A stretch of DNA of 64,000 nt, from NCBI GenBank assembly GCA_051362555.1, contig CM120643.1, forward strand, positions 13,552,644-13,616,643. Direction: 5' to 3'. This document shows positions 56,518 to 64,000 of this stretch, piece after piece; the stretch's first letter is position 1; each line of letters begins with the position of its first letter. The notes beneath the pieces are model-generated. The model ran no database searches and was not told the DNA's origin. It saw only the letters and a list, made by a program, of their open reading frames with translations. The position numbers were made by a program, and so were the translations under genes. Source of the stretch: Lingula anatina. Lineage: Eukaryota; Animalia; Brachiopoda.

Positions 56518-58992
56518 TTGTACCACCAGCGTAGGCGCTGGCGGTACCCATGGTTTTAATCCCGACCCGTATGTTCCGCCGGCTCCTGCGGCTCCGCCGC
56601 CAAGTCACCGTTACCGCTTCTCCTCCTAGACGGTAAGGGCCCCTGTACCCATCTCTTGGATTTAGGTCACCTATAATCTCAACTCGTTCCACGTAAAATT
56701 TGGGCTTTGTCGGTATTGGGGTCTAGGTGTGGCACTCATTGCAATGCACCCTTGTCTAAAAATGGCAAAATTAAATGCTAATTATCTACCCTGCAGAAGG
56801 AGTTATGGGAAAAATTTCTACAGACAGCTTTCCAAAAGTCATATGTGTAGATTTCAAATATGCCCTTGGATTTGACCTTTGACCTTTATTTCAAGGTTAA
56901 ACGGGCCAAAATTTTCAAAAAAATGAAATTTTTTACGAAAAAAAATTTTTTTGCCCTGTTATTCAGACACCTCACAGACTTAACCAATAATATTATTGGA
57001 AAGTGTTACCCTTCGGGTCATCTTTCATCTCCGTGAATTTGGGGTCCATCGGTGCATTTTCACGGGAGTAGCGGCCATAAAGTACCGAAACTGAAAACTG
57101 TCTCTAATTCGGGAACTGTTAATGCTAGAGACCCATTCTTTTTTGCATTTTGTAGAGCGTGTAAAGCTCAACACTGAAAGTGGTCTCCGTTTTTTTGTAT
57201 TCCATACGGTTTTCAAGTTACGCTGTATCAAAAAGTACATGTTGGTGGTGAAAGCAAAATGTGCAGTACGGTAATGGATAATAAATTTTGAACTCTCGAA
57301 AAATTATACATAAGGCTTGGCAAAGCAGACAACTTGTGGTCAAAAATGACATTATTTCATCAAATTTGAACTTCTGGAACTTCAGAGCACCTCCCATTTC
57401 AAGAATTTTGACCAAAATGACCTTTTCTTTATTTTGATTAATTTTTTTCTGTAGGAAATTTATGGCACATTATGGTACCTCCAAAATTATAACATTTAGT
57501 CCCTTATATCTCCAAAACTGGCAGAGATAGGTCCATAGTTACTATTGAAGTTGAATAGGAAGTCATATACTGGCAATCTTACTGTGACCTTGAAATTGAC
57601 CTTTGACCTACTTTTCACCATGAACTGAACTTTGCTAATTTTGCTTCCCTTCTATCTCCAAAACTGGCAGAGGTAGGTCCATAGTTACTATTGAAGTTGA
57701 ATGGGAAGTCATATACTGGCAATCTAAATGTGACCTTAAAATTGACCTTTGACCTACTTTTCACCATGAACTGAACTTTGCAAATTTTGCTTCCCTTATA
57801 TCTCCAAAACTGGCAGAGATAGGTCCATAGTTTCTATTGAACTTGAATGGGAAGTCATATACTGGCAATCTAAATGTGACCTTAAAATTGACCTTTGACC
57901 TACTTTTCACCATGAACTGAACTTTGCAAATTTTGCTTCCCTTTTATCTCCAAAACTGGCAGAGATAGGTCCATAGTTTCTACTGAACTTGAACGGGAAG
58001 TCATATACTGGCAATCTAAATGTGACCTTAAAATTGACCTTTGACCTACTTTTCACCATGAACTGAACTTTGCAAATTTTGCTTCCCTTTTATCTCCAAA
58101 ACCGGCATAGATTGATCCATGGTTACTGTTGAACTTGAATAGGAAGTCATATACTGGCAATCTAAATATGACCTTAAAATTGACCTTTGACCTACTTTTC
58201 ACCATGAACTGAACTTTGCAAATTTTGCTTCTCTTTTATCTCCAAAACTGGCACAGATTGGTCCATGGTTACTATTGAACTTGAATAGGAAGTCATATAC
58301 TGGCAATCCAAGTGTGACCTTGAAATTGACCTTTGACCTACTTTCCACCATGAACTGAACTTTGCAAATTTTGCTTCCCTTTTATCTCCAAAGCTGGCAG
58401 AGATAGGTCCATAGTTACTATTGAAGTTGAATGGGAAGTCATATACTGGCAATCTAAATGTGACCTTAAAATTGACCTTTGACCTACTTTTCACTATGAA
58501 CTGAACTTTGCAAATTTTGCTTCCCTTTTATCTCCAAAACTGGCAGAGATAGGTCCATAGTTTCTATTGAACTTGAATATGAAGTCATATACTGGCAATC
58601 TAAATGTGACCTTAAAATTTACATTTGATCTACTTATTATCATGAACTGAACTCTGCTAATTTCTTTCTCTTTTAACTCCAAACCTGGCAGAGATAGGTC
58701 CATAGTTACTATTGAACTTGAATAGGAAGTCATATACTGGCAATTTACTGTGACCTTGAAAATGACCTTTCACCTACCTTACGATGAACTTAAATTTGAT
58801 TGTACCATTTTTAGTTTCATATATTTTTTGCATATATTGAAAATTCTTGTTGATTGCATGTTTACAGCTTGTCAAGCACAAGACTGGTGGCTGTGTCCCT
58901 TATTTTGTGTATGTGGGGGTCTATACGAATGCGCTTGCTCCAGCTGGTGGTACAATATGCGGAGGCGGTATCGCTTCTCTGATCCTCTAGTT
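56518..58992 (+). mobile_element. Non-autonomous Helentron/HINE-type element carrying a 146-bp tandem array
   Basis: 5' hairpin TACCACCAGCG-TAGG-CGCTGGCGGTA. The 3' end GCGGAGGCGGTATCGCTTCTCTGATCCTCTAGTT carries the matching subterminal IR. A central satellite lies between them. Confidence 0.7.
57500..58790. repeat. 146-bp tandem repeat, about 9 copies
   Basis: TATCTCCAAAACTGGCAGAGATAGGTCCATAG recurs at 146-bp spacing from ~57507 to ~58675. Confidence 0.95.
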
Positions 58993-59930
58993 TGTAATGG
59001 CAATGGTGGCAGGGTTAATTTATTTGTAAACTAATATTCAAGCAGATTTTAGTACATGCTAAGTCTCTTTAAATGCACCTAGGATTCTGGTAGGATTATA
59101 AATGTTATTCTGACCGTATTCTTGGAATTTCAAAGACAAGTATATAAAGTCAGGTAAAAAAGTCCCTCACCCTCGCTTGGTCAAGCAAATGGCTTCACTA
59201 CTCCTAGTATAAGGAATGGTAAAGAATGTACTTTAATCACTTACTATATCTAAGAATGTACCATGGATTAGTTAGGAATAAACCAAGATTTTTTGCATTC
59301 TGGGGTTCGGAACCAACATTTGGAACAGCTCAGAATTTTTATCTCGATTTCATGTATTCTAAAGAATTGCAAGAACTAACTGTGGATAAATAAAAATCAG
59401 TTAGAAGCTTCAAAAAATTATCACGATTAAACTAAGAACCCTTGTATTTATCAATTGCTGGTGTTTTGAGGATATCATAGTCTGTTCTCAGGGACCAAAG
59501 TATTGAAAAAAAAATGTAGTATTTTTAAAACTTTCAAACATACTGTGGTATTAAGTTAATCTGTGGAATCCTTTGACTGATAAAATTCACACACAGGAAG
59601 CTAAGGTGTATAAGTAGCTTTAGATAATATTTGACACGTAGCAAGCACCCCCAAGCTATAGTAATCCGATAGAGCTTGATTACATAGAGTACTTGGGAGT
59701 GCCCACCATGAAGGGCTGGACTTGTGTCTGAAGTAACCAATCAGTTTATAAGTTATGTGATTGACAATTTAATTGATAAAGTTTAGCATAAAATTTGTGA
59801 ACTTAAATCATAAGGGGGAGATTGAGAGAGAGGGAGAGACTAAAGAGAGATTGGATTGAGGCTGGAAAGGGATCTTTATTGTACAATGTAACTTTTAGTC
59901 TAGCAAAATATATTCTGTTGAAGTTGCAAC

Positions 59931-60554
59931 ATGGAGTCATTTTATTCTTCTTGTTGTAAGGAGTCCAGACATCCTGGTTCAGATATTAAAACTGACCCCG
60001 AGGAAGATGATACTAGTACATGTAGTTTCAGCATACAAGACCAGTCATCGTCTGTTCAAACCGACCCAAAGTTCTCAAGCCATGAATCTGAATTGGTCTC
60101 ATATTCTGAGAACAAACCCGTGGTGATTGGATACAAAGTAAATGGGCTTTATCAGGGACGTTGGTACAGCATTCTTTATGATTGTAAAAACTGTGATAAA
60201 ATCATTGGGGGTAGGGATGAAATGCAGAAGCATGCTTCGTTTTCCCATGAAATAGGTACAGAGTTTCGGTGTGTTTGTGGTGATCCTATACCTTACCTGT
60301 CGTCTGGAAATGGACTTTCATATCATGCAAGAGTTACTCATGGGATAGAAACGTTGAAGCAGTTTACATGTACTTTGTGTGAAAAGTTAGTCCCAGAGTC
60401 TGATGTAAAAGCACATTATGAGGATGAACATGGCCCAGATGCTAGTCCATTTCCTTGCGGCCTTTGTGGTTGGAAGTTATTTCGAAAGTCCAATTATAAC
60501 AAGCACATGCAGAAAGTTCACAGGCTGCGTCATGTTAAAAGTTGGTCAATATAA
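59931..60554 (+). pseudogene. Partial third copy of the ZNF gene (duplicate of 54169-54762), still an open 207-aa frame
   Basis: 59951-60544 is near-identical to 54169-54762. It lacks the N-terminus and most fingers, and its 3' end runs directly into a tandem-repeat unit. Confidence 0.8.
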
Positions 60555-62507
60555 TGATGAAAAAATTTTTCAATCCTATCTGGCCAAAATTGAAGAAAAC
60601 TGCCAGTACCGGCCCTTATGAAAATCACTCAAACTCACCCAGAAACGACCTTAGATTTTTTCCAAATGTGATAAAAATCAATCTACCACACCTGTCATTC
60701 ATAAAAAATGTGTAAATGCGCCTGGATCACTTCATTAAAGCCCCCAATTTCAGCTTTAAAGATGATCAAAAAATAACCTGGGAACAGAATCTAAGACAGG
60801 TGGGTTGGCCAGAGTTCTTGCTCTATTTCTAGCTTAATTTTGACAAAATCACTCTTCCGGTACTTTATACTGACTACAAATGACCAAACACACCTACCGG
60901 TCACTATAATGAAGAAAAAATTTTTTCTTCCCTACCTGGCCAAAATTGAAGAAAACTGACAGTGCCAGCACTTATGAAAATCACTCAAAATCACCCAGAA
61001 TCGACCTGTCTCTGATTTTTCCAAAATATGACAATAATCAATCTACTACACCTGTCATTCATAAAAAATGTGGAAAAGTGCCCTGATCACTTCATTAAAG
61101 CCCCTAATTTCATCTTTAAAGAGGGGTGTGGAGAGAGTTTTGGCTCTATTTCTTTTTTAATAATGACACAACCACTCATCCAGTACTTAACACTCACTAC
61201 AAATGACCAAACACACCTACCTGTCACTATAATGAAGAAAAAAATTTTTCTTCCCTATCTGGCCAAAATTGAAGAAAACCGCCATATCCGGTGTACCATG
61301 AAAATCTGACTCCCCTAAAATGTGACTCCCCAGTCAGATTTTCATTATGAAAATGTGACTCCCCAGTCAGATTTTCATAATGCAAATGTGACTCCCCCTA
61401 TGAAATTTTGACTCCCCTTCCACAAAACTTCAAAAATGCACATTTTTAATTTTTCATGAAAATTATCACCTGCAAACTACAAAAAAAGGGCCTATGTATC
61501 CTCCATTTTACATACTACAAGATCACAGTCATATACTCAAAATAAAATAAGATTTATGAAGTTTTGTGGAGGGGAAGTCAAGTTTTCATGGGGGAGTCAG
61601 ATTTTCATTATGTGCACATTTTTAATTTTCTTATTTTTTCATGAACATTTTCACCTGCATACTACAAAAAAAGTGCCAATATATCCTCCATTTTACATAC
61701 TACAAGATCACAGTCATATACTCAAAATAAAGTAAGATTTATGAAGTTTTGTGGAGGGGGAGTCAAATTTTCATGGGAGTCAGATTTTCATGTTACACCG
61801 GCACTTATGAAAATCATAACAAAAAATCGACCCGTCTCCGATTTTCCCAAAATGTGACGAAAATCAATTTACCATACCTGTCATTCTTAAAAAATGTGGA
61901 AACATGCCTGAATTACTTCATTAAAGCCCCCAATTTCAGCTTTAAAGATTGTCAAAAAGCACACCTGGGAACAGGATTTGGAGAGAGGGGGGTGGAGAGA
62001 GTTTTGGCTCTATTTCTTCCTTAATAATGACACAACCACTCTTCCAGTACTTTACCCTCACTACAAATGACCAAACACACCTACCGGTCACTATAATGAA
62101 AAAAAAAATTTTCATCCCTACCTGGCCAAAATTGAAGAAATCTCACAGTGCCGGCACTTATGAAAATCACTCAAAATCACCAAAAATTGACCCGTCTCCG
62201 ATTTTTCCAAAATGTGACGAAAATCAACCTACCACACCTGTCATTCATAAAAAATGCGGAAACACGCCCGGATCACTTCATTAAAGCCCCCAATTTCAGC
62301 TTTAAAGATTTGTCAAAAAGCACACCTGAGAATAGGATTTGGAGAGAGGGGGGGGGGGGGGTGGAGAGAGTTTTGGCTCTATTTCTGCCTTAATAATGAC
62401 ACAACCACTCTTCCAGTACTTTATCCTCACTACAAATGATGAAACACACCTACCGGTCACTATAATGAAGAAAAAAATTTTTCATCCCTACCTGGCAAAA
62501 ATTGAAG
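60545..62507. repeat. ~325-370-bp tandem array, about 4-5 units, interrupted by a TIR element
   Basis: GTCACTATAATGAAGAAAAAATTTT...GGCCAAAATTGAAGAAA recurs at ~60545, 60900, 61223, 62087 and 62457. Confidence 0.9.
61292..61797. mobile_element. Non-autonomous Ginger1-type DNA transposon (506 bp)
   Basis: CCGG|TGTACCATGAAAATCTGACTCCC ... GGGAGTCAGATTTTCATGTTACA|CCGG. TGT...ACA termini with a CCGG target duplication are the described Ginger1 signature. Uninterrupted units (e.g. 60609, 62151) have a single CCGG at this position. Confidence 0.8.
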
Positions 62508-62655
62508 TTAGTGCGATAGTCTCTGAGAATGGTCCCTCAGTATGTAGTCATGTGGTGTCATTTGATTTTTCACTTCAGCACGATGAGACTTTATATTGCA
62601 TCCAGTGCTGCGGCAGTTGGGACTCTGGCTCCAAAATCGCCCATCACGGCAATGC
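62508..62655 (-). pseudogene. Peptidoglycan-recognition protein (PGRP/amidase_2)-like exon fragment, disrupted
   Basis: After tttcag| the sequence reads (G)IAVMGDFGARVPTAAALDAI*SLIV and, after a frameshift, EVKNQMTPHDYILRDH. This resembles the PGRP segment GI.FMGDF..RVP..AAL.A.K.LI..GV.....DY.L.GH. In-frame TAA at 62593-62591. Confidence 0.6.
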
Positions 62656-64000
62656 CTGAAATGATCAAAATCTTGAGGATTGGCTTTTTTCTTTCTATAT
62701 ATTACCTGCAAATATATCACATGATAATATCACGGCAATCCATATGTAGTTGTCCCGACTCAATTTGTCAAAATTACATTTCATTTGATATCAAATATTT
62801 ATAAATGAAAATTGTGCTCACTGATAACTCAATCAGAAATTTAATTATCTTAATTATTCTTAAAGTATCATTTGCTTACCTATACTCACTGAAAACTAAG
62901 ATTGTCCTATCCTTCTGGATTTGTTCACCAACAGTTGCCAAATACTCAATCAGAATTTGAATTATTTCAGTATTTCTTTAAGTATAATGTATAATTTACT
63001 AATTTATCCTCACTGATAACTAAAATTATCCTTGCTTTGTTTTTTTTCACCAACAGTTTTTTTTTATGAAAAGTAAATTTTGCACAAGTGCTCATGTTCG
63101 TTTCACTTAATTGCAACAGAGAATTACATCTCATATTCATAACCTTGACAAAGTTAAATATTAATGTAGTGTGTGTGCCTGTGTGTGTGTGTGTGCGTGT
63201 GTGACAGGTATATATTTATATGAATGCGCACCCTAAATTATTTCATTTTATTTGTAAATACAATCCATGTATATCTAAGTGCAAAATAGCCATTGTGTTT
63301 TAAATGTTGTGCAAAATTTTAATTGTAAAATCACTGAAATGTTTTTTGTACAAAATACTTGGCAGAAGGGCAGATTATTCCATTGAACATTAATTTTCAT
63401 TCTTTTGATGTTTCATACCAGTGTATTAAAATTAATTCATATGAAATATTCTTCTTCTTTTTACCTTTGGTATGTCCTGCTTATAAGTGATTATTATCAT
63501 TCGATATCTGATGCAGTATTATTAACCCAAATAAAGGGAGTCGGATACTTATCACATACTATAATGTGCCAAGAATAATTTAAAACAGGAACTTTAATAT
63601 AGAAACACATTTTATTTTCAAAATTGACATTAACATAGAAATAATATAGACAATATTTATGTTAATAAGTATATTTAAATTTTAATAAATGCAGTGTAGC
63701 ACTTTTAACTTAAAATTAATTTTGTCTGGTATTTCTCATAACTCCAATGGACTGAATAAATGATTTACAAAGTGCTCTTAAATGTTTTGCCTTCTTTACA
63801 CAATGGTTTAAATGGCAAACCAAATGAAAAAGGAAGTAATAATATCAAAATATGGAGACCATTTCTTTGAAAAAGTGTGTCCACATGTTCTTTGACTTTA
63901 AATTAAAAAAAAAAAATTAAAGTGTACCTTCATGTGCACTTCAAAAATATATTCGAAGGACAACTGTTTTTGCCAGTGCTTTCATTTGGTCTCTGGAATA

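Noticed and set aside
57500-58790. Regular repeat array as a possible CRISPR or coding repeat
   Set aside because: Contiguous 146-bp units with no unique spacers, in a eukaryotic context and inside a HINE-type element; the ORFs in it are incidental.
61028-62659. Several 80-110-aa ORFs with similar sequences
   Set aside because: Translations of the ~360-bp tandem units; frames are not conserved between units.

Overview
AT-rich eukaryotic (invertebrate, probably mollusc/lophotrochozoan) genomic window with spliced genes, so the ORF track misses most of them. Gene models below were built by reading GT/AG sites and checking phase by hand; homologue comparisons are from memory, not from database searches. 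In order: the 3' end of an RGG-rich protein gene (+); a transposon-rich spacer; RSPRY1 (-, 13 coding exons including an 11-nt microexon) with an uncharacterised ~587-aa gene nested antisense in its 11-kb intron behind a palindromic RFX X-box; CFAP90/C5orf49 (+, head-to-head with RSPRY1); a MEP-1-like C2H2 gene (-); two divergently oriented paralogous C2H2 zinc-finger genes showing a gene-conversion tract; a third partial copy of that gene fused to a ~360-bp tandem array; and a PGRP-like pseudo-exon at the other end of the array. Mobile DNA includes Helentron/HINE-type elements with internal satellites, TTAA-flanked Kolobok-type MITEs, a Harbinger-like MITE family, a tRNA-derived SINE head and a CCGG-flanked Ginger1-type non-autonomous element.
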